Of a stretch of DNA of 64,000 bases, positions 18,324 through 26,878 are shown one piece after another. This stretch comes from an uncultured Caldisericota bacterium. Its GTDB lineage: Bacteria; Caldisericota; Caldisericia; Cryosericales; Cryosericaceae. The stretch lies in NCBI GenBank assembly GCA_903871855.1, contig CAIQIK010000023.1, positions 5,761-69,760 on the forward strand, read 5' to 3'. The first letter of the stretch is position 1. Each line of letters opens with the position of its first letter. The notes under the pieces are model-generated. The model was not told the origin of the DNA and did no database searches. It was given only the letters and a program-made list of their open reading frames with translations. The translations under genes and the position numbers were made by a program.

Positions 18324-18734
18324 ATGAAGCGTCTGCCGACGACGTGCCCGTCGTGCGGGTCACAGCTGGAGATTGCCGAGCTGCACTGCCCCGCCTGTGA
18401 CACGACTGTGCGAGGAGCGTACCTGCTCGACCGGTTTGTCGCACTGTCTGCCGAGGACGAGCAGTTCCTGCTGACCTTCCTGGCAGCCCGCGGGAATCTC
18501 AAAGAAGTCCAGTGCCGTTTGGACCAGTCCTACCCGACCGTACGGGGCCGTCTGGACAAGGTGTTGGCGGCACTGGGACTGGCCGGCGACGACAAGTCTG
18601 CCGAGAGAGCCGCGCGCAAACCCGACGTCATGGAACTGCTGGACAAGCTGGAAGCTGGCGACCTGAGCGTCGATGCGGTTTTGAAGACCATCAAAGGAGG
18701 AAGTGATGAGCCAGGCGAAGGAACGACTGCTTGA
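18324..18734 (+). CDS. DUF2089 family protein (zinc ribbon plus HTH)
   Basis: CPSCGSQLEIAELHCPACDTTVRG followed by L..EDEQFLLTFLAARGNLKEVQCRLDQSYPTVRGRLDKV matches my recollection of DUF2089. The C-terminal tail is LEAGDLSVDAVLKTIKG. Confidence 0.75.
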   Translation: MKRLPTTCPSCGSQLEIAELHCPACDTTVRGAYLLDRFVALSAEDEQFLLTFLAARGNLKEVQCRLDQSYPTVRGRLDKVLAALGLAGDDKSAERAARKPDVMELLDKLEAGDLSVDAVLKTIKGGSDEPGEGTTA

Positions 18735-19686
18735 ACTGAAAGACAAAGGGCTTCTCACACAGGAGCAATACGACGAACTGCTCGCAGCTCTCGGCACCGT
18801 CGAGAACGAGCTGCCGACAGCCCTGCAGGCACCATGTCTGCCGGCCGAGCCTGTCGTACCGACGACCCCCACGCTGCCGGTGACTCCCACATCCGCACCC
18901 ATGACCACGGGCCGCCGTCTGACCGTACGCCTGATCTCCGAGGACCTGGAGGTGCGCGGCATCCAGGGGCTCCCTGCCGTCCGGGTCGTTCGCGGAGGGT
19001 CCAGCGTCTGTACCAGTCAGGACGGTGACATTATCGCGGTCGAATCGAGACTGACGGCCGGTGAATTCCACGGCTTCTCGTTCAGTCTCGGGTTTGGTGG
19101 CGATGGCCAACCGGTGGAGCTCGAAGTACCTGTCAACATGCCGTGCGAACTAAAGACGGTCTCAGGCGACATCACCGTCAGCGATCTCAGGGGCGAAACG
19201 GTCGTGCGCAGCGTGTCCGGCGAAATCGACGCCAGCTCTCTGGCACATCTCGCTTCCGCACAGTCGACGTCGGGCGACGTGGACCTGGTCGAGTGCCTCG
19301 TGGATGGCGACGTCATCAGTAAGTCGGGCGACGTCGACATCCGCAACTCCACCGTCCGTGGCATGCTCAAGTCGTATTCGGGTGATGTCTCCGTCCTCAA
19401 CACGGTCCTGAACGACACCGACGTCCTCAGCTTCAGTGGGGACGTGAGCCTGGAAGGCGTGACCGTCCAGAGCGGCGCACGCCTGAAGACGACCAGCGGC
19501 GACGTACGGGTAGAACTTGACCAGCATGACGTCATGGTCGACGTCGACACGCGGTCAGGCGAAGCAACCGTCAGGGGACCAGGCGTCGACGTCGAAGTCC
19601 AGCGGCAGCGCATTCCCGTGGGCCTGGCGACCGTCGAACTCTCGGTCCACACGGGCAGTGGTGACATCGAAGTCAGACTGACGTAG
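18706..19686 (+). CDS. SHOCT plus DUF4097 (LiaG/YvlB-like putative beta-helix) protein
   Basis: ATG 18706 lies 5 nt after GGAGG (in-frame GTG at 18703). N-terminal KDKGLLTQEQYDELLAAL, then many SGD[IV].V repeats (SGDITVSD, SGEIDAS, SGDVDLV, SGDVDIR, SGDVSVL, SGDVSLE, SGDVRVE, SGDIEV). It overlaps the DUF2089 gene by 29 nt. Confidence 0.8.
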   Translation: MSQAKERLLELKDKGLLTQEQYDELLAALGTVENELPTALQAPCLPAEPVVPTTPTLPVTPTSAPMTTGRRLTVRLISEDLEVRGIQGLPAVRVVRGGSSVCTSQDGDIIAVESRLTAGEFHGFSFSLGFGGDGQPVELEVPVNMPCELKTVSGDITVSDLRGETVVRSVSGEIDASSLAHLASAQSTSGDVDLVECLVDGDVISKSGDVDIRNSTVRGMLKSYSGDVSVLNTVLNDTDVLSFSGDVSLEGVTVQSGARLKTTSGDVRVELDQHDVMVDVDTRSGEATVRGPGVDVEVQRQRIPVGLATVELSVHTGSGDIEVRLT

Positions 19687-19711
19687 TTCTCCTTCCGAAA
19701 ACAGCATCACG

Positions 19712-19748
19712 CCCCCCGGTCATCGCAGCCGGGGGGTCGCATTTTGAA
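19712..19748 (+). terminator. Rho-independent terminator after the DUF4097 gene
   Basis: Stem CCCCCCGG (19712-19719) / CCGGGGGG (19729-19736), followed by TCGCATTTTG. Confidence 0.65.
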
Positions 19749-19753
19749 GAAGG

Positions 19754-19791
19754 TGTAACATTCTCGGAACCGTCCCGAAGTGTAACATTCT
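19754..19791. repeat. Dispersed intergenic repeat, copy 2
   Basis: TGTAACATTCT 19754-19764, GGAACCGTCCCG 19766-19777, TGTAACATTCT 19781-19791. The words are identical to those at 6394-6450. Confidence 0.7.
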
Positions 19792-19875
19792 CACGAGTCG
19801 CCGTGGTGCAACGCATCACCTTCATCCTTCCGGTTCTCAGATATACTATCGGTACCCTGAGGGGTGGAGGAACCG

Positions 19876-21744
19876 ATGCTAGCCGATGGCAACTACCTGA
19901 GCGTTTGTGCGTATGACTGTCCCGACTCGTGTGGCATGGTCGCAACCTGCAGGGAAGGGCAACTCGTGGAGTTAGAAGGACGGAACGACAACCCATACAC
20001 GCGCGGCTTCATCTGCCACAAGGGGCGTCGATGGGTCCGTGATCTGCGGGGTCAGGACCGTCTGATGTCACCGCTGGCACGCCGGAACGGCAAGTTTGTC
20101 CCCATCGGCTGGGATGAGGCTCTGGACATGACGGCACAGGCGATCCGGTCAGCCACCCTGCGTCACGGTCACCAGTCCTTCCTCTTCTATGAGGGTTCCG
20201 GCAACCTGCTCATGGGTAACAGCGTCCAGCGCCTGCTTCCCCTGATGCTGGGGGGTGGCACGATGGCCACAGGGTCGCTGTGCGGCTCCGAGGGCAAGGT
20301 TGGCCTGGCCCGCAGCTATGGCACGATCGGTCGCGACAAGCCGCTCGCAGCACTGGACAGTAAGTCAATCCTGCTGTGGGGTCGCAACCCGGCCGAGAAC
20401 AGTGTCCACTTCCTCGCCATTCTGCATGACGCCCGCCGAACGGGTGCCCGCCTGGGGACTATTGATGTCCGCGCCACACCCACGACGGCCGCCAGCGACT
20501 CTGCGTGGGTCGTGCGTCCAGGATCGGACCTGACGCTCGCCCTGTACCTGTGCCACGAGGCAATCAACCTCCGCGGCGAACCGGAGGCGCCCCACGAGGG
20601 ATACGACGTGTTCAGCCAGGCGTGTCTGTTGGTGTCCGCCGAGGATGCGCAGGAGGCCACCGGCCTCTCCGCCGCAGCCTTGCATGCGCTTGTCGGCTTC
20701 GCCCTCGACCAGCCGCCCCTCAGTATCTGGACCGGCTACGGCCTGCAGAGGACGCGCTGGGGCGCCGACCTGATCCACATCATCGACACCCTCGGCTTCC
20801 TGCTGGGTAATCACGGCATCCTCGGCGGCGGTGTCTGGTTCGACCAAGGCGACGATGACCTGCTGCCAGACGACTTCGCGACCGTGCCTGGCGCTCCGAC
20901 TCGCTTCGTGCTGCGCCCCAGCCTGGGAGCATCCCTGCTGGAAGCCGATCCACCCATCGAGGCGGCGATGTTCGTGAGGGGCAACCCCGCCTCGCAGTGC
21001 CCCGATGCCGGCAAAGTGCTGCAATTCCTGAAGCAGTGTCCCTTCTCGGTTTGCCTGGACTGGCATATGAGCGCGACCGCCCGTGCCTGCACACTCGTTC
21101 TGCCCACGACCGTGTTCCTGGAACGCGGCAACGATTACGTCATGAGCTACTTCCATGACCTCCTGCAGAAAACGAACAAGGCGGCGGAACCGCCCGATGG
21201 CGTCCGCGACGAGCTGGACACCGTCCGGGAGGTCGCGCTACGGCTCGGACTGCCCGACCGGTTCACAACCGAGAGGACGCGGTTGGTGGACGTCGAGAAC
21301 GATCCACGGCTGACGCCTGCGGGGCCCGGCATGTGGCGTCTCAAGGACGCGCCGCGCATCCAGAACACGTTCCATTTCCCTTCCGTTGTTCCCGACGTCG
21401 CTGTCCAAACGGGCATGCTGCATTTCATCACTGTGCATGTGCGCGACTACATCAACGGCATCGACCCGGGTCAGGCACGAGCACGCGTCCTGCCTCCCGT
21501 GGTATCGGTGTCGACGCAGCTTGCGCACGAACGCTGCCTCATCGAGGGTCAGAAGGTGACCTTGCGCAACACGCTGGGTTCGCTGGACGTACGCATCCAC
21601 CTGGACAAGAGCATCGCCGCCCAGACCGTCGTGTTGCCACAGGGGGTGGAGGGCGTTAATCTGCTCGTCACTCCCGGACTCACGCCGAACGGCAACTCCT
21701 GCATCAACGACAGCTGGGTCCTGCTCGAGCCCGTACAACAATGA
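19876..21744 (+). CDS. Molybdopterin (bis-MGD) oxidoreductase family protein, cytoplasmic
   Basis: ATG 19876 lies 5 nt after GGAGG. N-terminal Cys cluster CAYDCPDSCGM...FICHKG. MopB-like body. C-terminal molybdopterin-dinucleotide-binding-like barrel (HFITVH...GQKVTLRN.LGSLDV...). No twin-arginine signal. Confidence 0.8.
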   Translation: MLADGNYLSVCAYDCPDSCGMVATCREGQLVELEGRNDNPYTRGFICHKGRRWVRDLRGQDRLMSPLARRNGKFVPIGWDEALDMTAQAIRSATLRHGHQSFLFYEGSGNLLMGNSVQRLLPLMLGGGTMATGSLCGSEGKVGLARSYGTIGRDKPLAALDSKSILLWGRNPAENSVHFLAILHDARRTGARLGTIDVRATPTTAASDSAWVVRPGSDLTLALYLCHEAINLRGEPEAPHEGYDVFSQACLLVSAEDAQEATGLSAAALHALVGFALDQPPLSIWTGYGLQRTRWGADLIHIIDTLGFLLGNHGILGGGVWFDQGDDDLLPDDFATVPGAPTRFVLRPSLGASLLEADPPIEAAMFVRGNPASQCPDAGKVLQFLKQCPFSVCLDWHMSATARACTLVLPTTVFLERGNDYVMSYFHDLLQKTNKAAEPPDGVRDELDTVREVALRLGLPDRFTTERTRLVDVENDPRLTPAGPGMWRLKDAPRIQNTFHFPSVVPDVAVQTGMLHFITVHVRDYINGIDPGQARARVLPPVVSVSTQLAHERCLIEGQKVTLRNTLGSLDVRIHLDKSIAAQTVVLPQGVEGVNLLVTPGLTPNGNSCINDSWVLLEPVQQ

Positions 21745-23354
21745 GACGGCAGGACAAGCCACAGCAGAAATCTTTGACTACCACGCCCACGACAGAGGGC
21801 GCCGTTCCCCACAAGGAACGGGCCGACCCTTCGCTGGAAGCTATCTCTTACGCCGTCGCGGCCCTGGCGAATGCCTACGCCGAAGCATACGATAAGGCAA
21901 AACTGTTGCCCCGGCTGACGGCCGCCTCCATCCGTGTTGCAGCCCTGGCAGGGCGGGATGAAGCCGAAGAATACTTCACACGCCTTGCACGCATGCAGAA
22001 GGAAGCCACACGCCTCGCGACCGAGCACCTGGAGCGCAAGAAGCAGCTCTCGTCGGCAGCCGTGGCATTGGCCCCGTCCACAGACTGGAAGAATGCACGG
22101 TCGACGCTGGACCAGCTGATGCACGAGTGGCGCCTGACGGGCTGGTCTGACGACGCGGCGACGGCTCTCTTCCGCAAGGCGTTCAACGACGCCGTGGCGA
22201 CCTTCACGAGGAGGCAGGAGCAGTGGTTTGATGAACAGCGCATGCGCGGCGCTCCCATCCACGAGTACCGCGAGTACCTCTGCACGCGCGCCGAGCAATT
22301 ACTTGATGAGACAGACGACACGATGTGGGCAGCCTCGAGCGAGCGCCTGAAGCAGCTGGCCCAGCTGTGGAAGAAGACGGCCCAGCACGAGGAGGACACC
22401 GCCCTGTCGGCGCGATTCACCGCCGCAGAGCGCGCTTTCGAAGCACATAGAAACGCATGGTACGACGCCAATCACGCGCGCAAGGAGAACCTACTGCGCC
22501 GCGTCGAGAACCTGACGGACATCACGAACGGACTCGCATGGGAAGCTGCTCGGCGCGAAGTGGCGGACATCGAGGAGCACGACTGGCACGAAGCGGGACA
22601 ACTGCCCCACGACCAGCACGAGGTCATGGAACGCGAATTCCGGACCGTGCTCGCCGCCTTCCACATCCGTCAGCGCGAGGCGGAACACGAGGCCCTGAAG
22701 CAGAAGGAGAAGGTCGTTGCCCGCATTCAGGCGCTGAGCCGGCGCCCTCTGGATAACTGGAAAGCGACGCGCGCTGTTCTGCTCGAGCTGCAACAGGCAT
22801 ATGCGGACGTCGGACCGGTCGCCGCAGCAAGCGAAGCCGACCTGCTGCAGGCATACCGTGCTGCCTGCCAGGCCGTCGTGTGCAAGCTGGGAACTCTCCG
22901 TGGCAACAGTACCGAGAAGCGGAGCGACGTCATCCGGCTCATCCGCGAGCTGACCGACAAGGCCGGGAAGGGTGTTTCATGGCGCGACGCACGCGACAAG
23001 GTGTTGATGCTCCAGAAACAGTATATGGGAGCGGGACCCGTGGCACGTGCCGAGGGTGAGGCACTGTGGCAGGAATATCGATCCGTCTGCGACTGTTTTT
23101 TCGAACTCTACCGCTCGTGGACAGGCGAGAACGTCGAGGTCAAGGAACAGCTGTGCACTGAAGCGGAGGCTCTCCTGGACGAGCGGAACCCGTTCGAGTC
23201 CAAGGAACAGGCCAAGAAACTCCAGCAGCGATGGAAGTTCTCGGGACCGGTCCCGCCGGAGGAGAACGAAGCGTTGTGGACTCGCTTCAGCAAGGCGGTC
23301 GACAAGGTCTTCGAGCGAGCCCGCGCCGAGTGGGAGGACATCCACGGCACATGA
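21741..23354 (+). CDS. DUF349 repeat protein
   Basis: 537 aa with ATGA overlap on the oxidoreductase stop. At least six helical repeats of the form W...L..L...W...G.....E..L...F, for example LQQRWKFSGPVPPEENEALWTRF. Confidence 0.75.
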   Translation: MRRQDKPQQKSLTTTPTTEGAVPHKERADPSLEAISYAVAALANAYAEAYDKAKLLPRLTAASIRVAALAGRDEAEEYFTRLARMQKEATRLATEHLERKKQLSSAAVALAPSTDWKNARSTLDQLMHEWRLTGWSDDAATALFRKAFNDAVATFTRRQEQWFDEQRMRGAPIHEYREYLCTRAEQLLDETDDTMWAASSERLKQLAQLWKKTAQHEEDTALSARFTAAERAFEAHRNAWYDANHARKENLLRRVENLTDITNGLAWEAARREVADIEEHDWHEAGQLPHDQHEVMEREFRTVLAAFHIRQREAEHEALKQKEKVVARIQALSRRPLDNWKATRAVLLELQQAYADVGPVAAASEADLLQAYRAACQAVVCKLGTLRGNSTEKRSDVIRLIRELTDKAGKGVSWRDARDKVLMLQKQYMGAGPVARAEGEALWQEYRSVCDCFFELYRSWTGENVEVKEQLCTEAEALLDERNPFESKEQAKKLQQRWKFSGPVPPEENEALWTRFSKAVDKVFERARAEWEDIHGT

Positions 23355-23357
23355 CCA

Positions 23358-23402
23358 AATTGTGAATCCCCAAAGTACCAGGTACTTTGGGGATTCACAA
23401 TT
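23358..23402. terminator. Bidirectional terminator (22-bp perfect palindrome)
   Basis: AATTGTGAATCCCCAAAGTACC (23358-23379), one A, then GGTACTTTGGGGATTCACAATT (23381-23402), between convergent genes. Confidence 0.7.
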
Positions 23403-23419
23403 AGTGAGTGTAGGGTTGC

Positions 23420-24388
23420 TTACAGGCCGTACGCCTGGCGTGCCAGTAGAAGCAGTGTCTTCGTGTAGCTGGACATACGGTCCAGCGAAACACTGAGCTC
23501 CTGGTCGTACGCTGCCTGCACGGTACCAGGATCAGCGACATGGAGCGTGCTTTCGTCGAACAGCCAGCTGTCCTTGCCGTCGATGCTGTCCCCAAAGAAC
23601 GTAGTTTCCAATGGCCACAGCTTGCGGACCTCGGGTCTGCCGAGATAAGCACCATGACGGCATAGCCAGTCTGCCGAGGTCACGGTCGCAATGTCCAGCG
23701 GAGCGGCATTTCGCAACGCGCCAACGAACACCGAGCTGCTGCGTGCAACCATCGCACTCTGATACTCCTCCAGGTTGTAGTGATGGTTGGTCGCCGATGC
23801 CAGGAGTGCGCCGAAGTTGCCGATACCCTTGAAAATGAGTCCTGCCGGGGCAGGAGCACCGTGATAGGGCTGCGTGGTGTCCTGCACGTAGTGGATGGCC
23901 CGAGCAAGGTACCGGAAGGTCCAGTACAAGTCGCCCTTCGCCTTGGCCTTGCCTGCCAGGTCGAAGAAGTACTGCGCCCGCGACGGCGCGACGCCCAAGC
24001 GCAGCCAGCCCAAGCCATAGTACTGGTGACGCCATCCCTGGGAACCGCCCGTCAACACCTGGAACGGGCTGAGATTGAGGTCCTGGTCCATCTTCCAGTC
24101 CGGTTCGTCTGCATAGTTGGTCAGGATGGCGGCGGCGCTGGTCACAGTGCCCGGCTTGCCCTCGATGTATTGTAGGACGAAGTTGGGTCCGACTGCAGCT
24201 GTATCCACGTCCTGATAGGTCCACGGCGTCACAGTGATCATGTCGTAGGCCTTCAACCACTCCTGGTCACTGATAATGAGTTTCGTGCAGGCACCGTGGC
24301 TGTTCCAGGCGTCTACCGGACTGACCAGGCAGAACAGCACAAGAACAGCGACAAGCCCAACACACAGCAGTTTCCGATTCCTCTTCAT
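23420..24388 (-). CDS. Secreted zinc-dependent phospholipase C-like protein
   Basis: ATG 24388 follows AAGGGGGAG. Signal peptide MKRNRKLLCVGLVAVLVLFCLVSPVDA is immediately followed by Trp (WNSHG). Motif HYVQDTTQPYH resembles the Zn-ligand H..D...P.H of the PLC / P1-nuclease fold. Confidence 0.55.
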   Translation of the reverse strand: MKRNRKLLCVGLVAVLVLFCLVSPVDAWNSHGACTKLIISDQEWLKAYDMITVTPWTYQDVDTAAVGPNFVLQYIEGKPGTVTSAAAILTNYADEPDWKMDQDLNLSPFQVLTGGSQGWRHQYYGLGWLRLGVAPSRAQYFFDLAGKAKAKGDLYWTFRYLARAIHYVQDTTQPYHGAPAPAGLIFKGIGNFGALLASATNHHYNLEEYQSAMVARSSSVFVGALRNAAPLDIATVTSADWLCRHGAYLGRPEVRKLWPLETTFFGDSIDGKDSWLFDESTLHVADPGTVQAAYDQELSVSLDRMSSYTKTLLLLARQAYGL

Positions 24389-24439
24389 GACTCCCCCTTT
24401 GTCGAGTGTTTCCATCATTCGTGTATCCATGCAAACCTG

Positions 24440-25057
24440 CTACGGCCGCGCGTTCGACGTCAGGGCGGTGACGATACAGTCGAGCCCGGCCACGATCGTA
24501 TCCAGCGACATGGAAGGCGTCCCCGGTTTACCCGTCACCTGCTCGGGCAGGAACGGCACGTGGACGAACCCGGCCTGCGTCTCCAGATTGTGTGTGACAA
24601 TGTGGTGCAGGACGCCGTAGAACAGGTGGTTGCACACAAACAGGCCCGCCGTGTTGCTGACGACAGCCGGGTACCTGGCACTGCGAAGTCCAGCGACGAT
24701 TTGCTTGATGGGCAGCGTGGCCAGGTACGCGATTGGGCCCTGTGAAACGATGGGCGCATCCTCGTGAAGGACGCCGGCATTGTCTGGAGTTTTCTCATCA
24801 TCGCAGTTGATCGCGACGCGTTCGATGCTGAGCTCCGCTCGTCCTCCCGCCTGACCAACCATCACGACAGCGGCTGGACGAAGCCGGTCAATGACTTCTG
24901 TCACCGTTCGGATACTGTCTGCATAGGTAGTCGGTACCAGCAGACGTTCAATATGGGTATCTCCCCTATCGCCGTTTAGCCGCCTGACGGCTTCCCATGA
25001 CGGGTTGATGGCTTCGCCGCCAAAGGGTTCAAATCCGGTCACGAGTATCGTTATCAC
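24440..25057 (-). CDS. pcp: Pyroglutamyl-peptidase I
   Basis: GTG 25057 lies 3 nt after GGGAGGAA. ILVTGFEPFGGEAINPSWE ... CNHLFYG (catalytic Cys context) ... HVPFLPEQ. Confidence 0.9.
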   Translation of the reverse strand: MITILVTGFEPFGGEAINPSWEAVRRLNGDRGDTHIERLLVPTTYADSIRTVTEVIDRLRPAAVVMVGQAGGRAELSIERVAINCDDEKTPDNAGVLHEDAPIVSQGPIAYLATLPIKQIVAGLRSARYPAVVSNTAGLFVCNHLFYGVLHHIVTHNLETQAGFVHVPFLPEQVTGKPGTPSMSLDTIVAGLDCIVTALTSNARP

Positions 25058-25114
25058 GTGTTCCTCCCTAAGATGGAGACAGTATACGCAGACATGGCTT
25101 CCGACCAAGCGTCC

Positions 25115-25142
25115 TTGACGCGGCGTGAGGCATCGGTACTAT
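25115..25142 (+). promoter_or_regulatory. Candidate promoter of alr
   Basis: TTGACG (25115-25120), 16 nt spacer, TACTAT (25137-25142). Confidence 0.45.
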
Positions 25143-25188
25143 GGCACCAGGCTGGAAAACAAGACAACTGAATGTGGAGGAAACGACG

Positions 25189-26298
25189 ATGTATCGGCCT
25201 ACCGTAGCAGAGATCGATCTGGCAGCAATCCGCGACAACCTGCGGGCCATCCGGGCATGCACGCCGCCCATGACGCAGGTCATCGGCGTCGTGAAGGGTG
25301 ATGCCTACGGCCACGGCGCAGCGCGCATCGCGGCGGTGCTGGAACAGGAACAGGTTCGGCTGCTGGCAGTGGCGACGCCCGACGAGGCTGTCGAACTCCG
25401 TGAGAGCGGCATTACGGCGGAAATCCTTGTCCTGGGGCACTCGCCTGCCGACTTCGTCCCATATGCCGTCATGAACAATGTCGCCCTCACGACGGTCAAC
25501 CAGGCGACGACGGCGATGTATGGAGCGGTGGCAGGCACACATACGGTGCGCCTGCACTACAACGTCGACACCGGTATGGGGCGCGCGGGCGTCCTGGCAG
25601 ACAATGCGACAGAGCAGATCCTGCGTAGTGCCACGGTCCCGCACGTGGGTATCGTCGGTCTGTACTCGCACTTTGCGTGCGCCGAATCCGACCCGAAGTT
25701 CACGGTGCTGCAAGCAGCACGGTTTGCGGTGGTGGTGCAAGAGCTCCGTGCACGCGGCCTCCAGCCGGCAATGGTGCACCTGGCCAACTCGGCGGGCATG
25801 TTTACGTCTCCCGGCGTCATGCTGGACGGGGTACGTCCCGGCATCCTGCTGTACGGCTGTCCACCCGTCCCGACCCCGACCTGTTCCGTACGGCCGGTCC
25901 TCTCACTGCGAACAGAACTGGAAATGGTGAAGGAGCTGCCGGAAGGCCACGGCATCGGTTATGGGAGGACGTTTATCACCGACCGGCCGACCCGCATGGC
26001 GCTCATCCCCATCGGGTACGCCGACGGCTATCTGCGCGCACTATCCAACACGGCGCGTGTCATCCTCCGGGGGCGGTTCGCACCCGTCGTGGGTCGTATC
26101 AGCATGGATGTCTGCGCCATCGACGTCACCGATATCCCCGCCGCAAGAGCTGGCGACCCCGTGACCCTGATCGGCAAGCAGGACGGTCTTTCGATCACCG
26201 TGGGCGAACTCGCGGAACTCATGGGGACTATCTCCTACGAGGTCTTGACTGGAATCTCGAAGCGCGTGCCGCGTATCTACATAGACCGGCGTACCTGA
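25189..26298 (+). CDS. alr: Alanine racemase
   Basis: ATG 25189 lies 8 nt after GGAGG. PLP-lysine motif VVKGDAYGHGA. C-terminal YGRTF...IPIGYADGY...RISMD. Confidence 0.9.
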   Translation: MYRPTVAEIDLAAIRDNLRAIRACTPPMTQVIGVVKGDAYGHGAARIAAVLEQEQVRLLAVATPDEAVELRESGITAEILVLGHSPADFVPYAVMNNVALTTVNQATTAMYGAVAGTHTVRLHYNVDTGMGRAGVLADNATEQILRSATVPHVGIVGLYSHFACAESDPKFTVLQAARFAVVVQELRARGLQPAMVHLANSAGMFTSPGVMLDGVRPGILLYGCPPVPTPTCSVRPVLSLRTELEMVKELPEGHGIGYGRTFITDRPTRMALIPIGYADGYLRALSNTARVILRGRFAPVVGRISMDVCAIDVTDIPAARAGDPVTLIGKQDGLSITVGELAELMGTISYEVLTGISKRVPRIYIDRRT

Positions 26299-26316
26299 AG
26301 TTCTGTATCAAGATAT

Positions 26317-26350
26317 GACAAAACCCCCGCCAGCTGGCGGGGGTTTTGTC
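26317..26350. terminator. Bidirectional rho-independent terminator
   Basis: GACAAAACCCCCGCC (26317-26331), loop AGCT, GGCGGGGGTTTTGTC (26336-26350). A/T runs inside both arms give U-tracts on either strand. Confidence 0.8.
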
Positions 26351-26362
26351 ATCGTACCACGG

Positions 26363-26878
26363 CTATCGCGTCATGGCGGTCCGGGATGAGGCACCTCCCC
26401 CATGTTCCTGAAGGGCGGCCCGGATGGCCACACAAGGAAACCAGCGCCCGGGGCACGCCGTGAAGCCGGGAATGCCAGTCCTCTCGTCCGGGACCTCGCG
26501 GTGCAACATAATATGGGAGAGCGGAATGTTATAGTGTGCATACAGTGAACTCAGCAGTTGCACTCCCGCCGAGTACTGCGCCGCAGGCATACGCGCCACC
26601 TGGAAGTTGCCCAGAAAGCATACGGCGATACTCACAGCGTTGAGCCGTGCATTGCCACAGTTAAACGCGACCATTGCAGGCGGTTGACCCGCGAACACGA
26701 TGCCGGTTGGCCCGACACCGAAATGGTAGTCGCAGATATAGCCAGGGACGGCCTTCGCCCAGTGCCTCTGATGATTGTGTTTGATCGCGGCCCACAATGC
26801 AGCGCCCTCGGGGTCGCCGTTCCCGAGGGTCGCATCCGTCGCACTGTGGTGCAGGACCATGTGGGTGAGGGGCCTCAT
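26363..26878 (-). CDS. N-acetylmuramoyl-L-alanine amidase, Amidase_2 / T7-lysozyme (PGRP) type, no signal peptide
   Basis: ORF 26363..27100 trimmed to ATG 26878 (ATGA overlap with the upstream stop). HHSAT..., AFNCGNARLNAVSIAVCFLGNF, and HIMLHREV...TACPG match the Zn-amidase layout. 171 aa. Confidence 0.8.
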   Translation of the reverse strand: MRPLTHMVLHHSATDATLGNGDPEGAALWAAIKHNHQRHWAKAVPGYICDYHFGVGPTGIVFAGQPPAMVAFNCGNARLNAVSIAVCFLGNFQVARMPAAQYSAGVQLLSSLYAHYNIPLSHIMLHREVPDERTGIPGFTACPGRWFPCVAIRAALQEHGGGASSRTAMTR

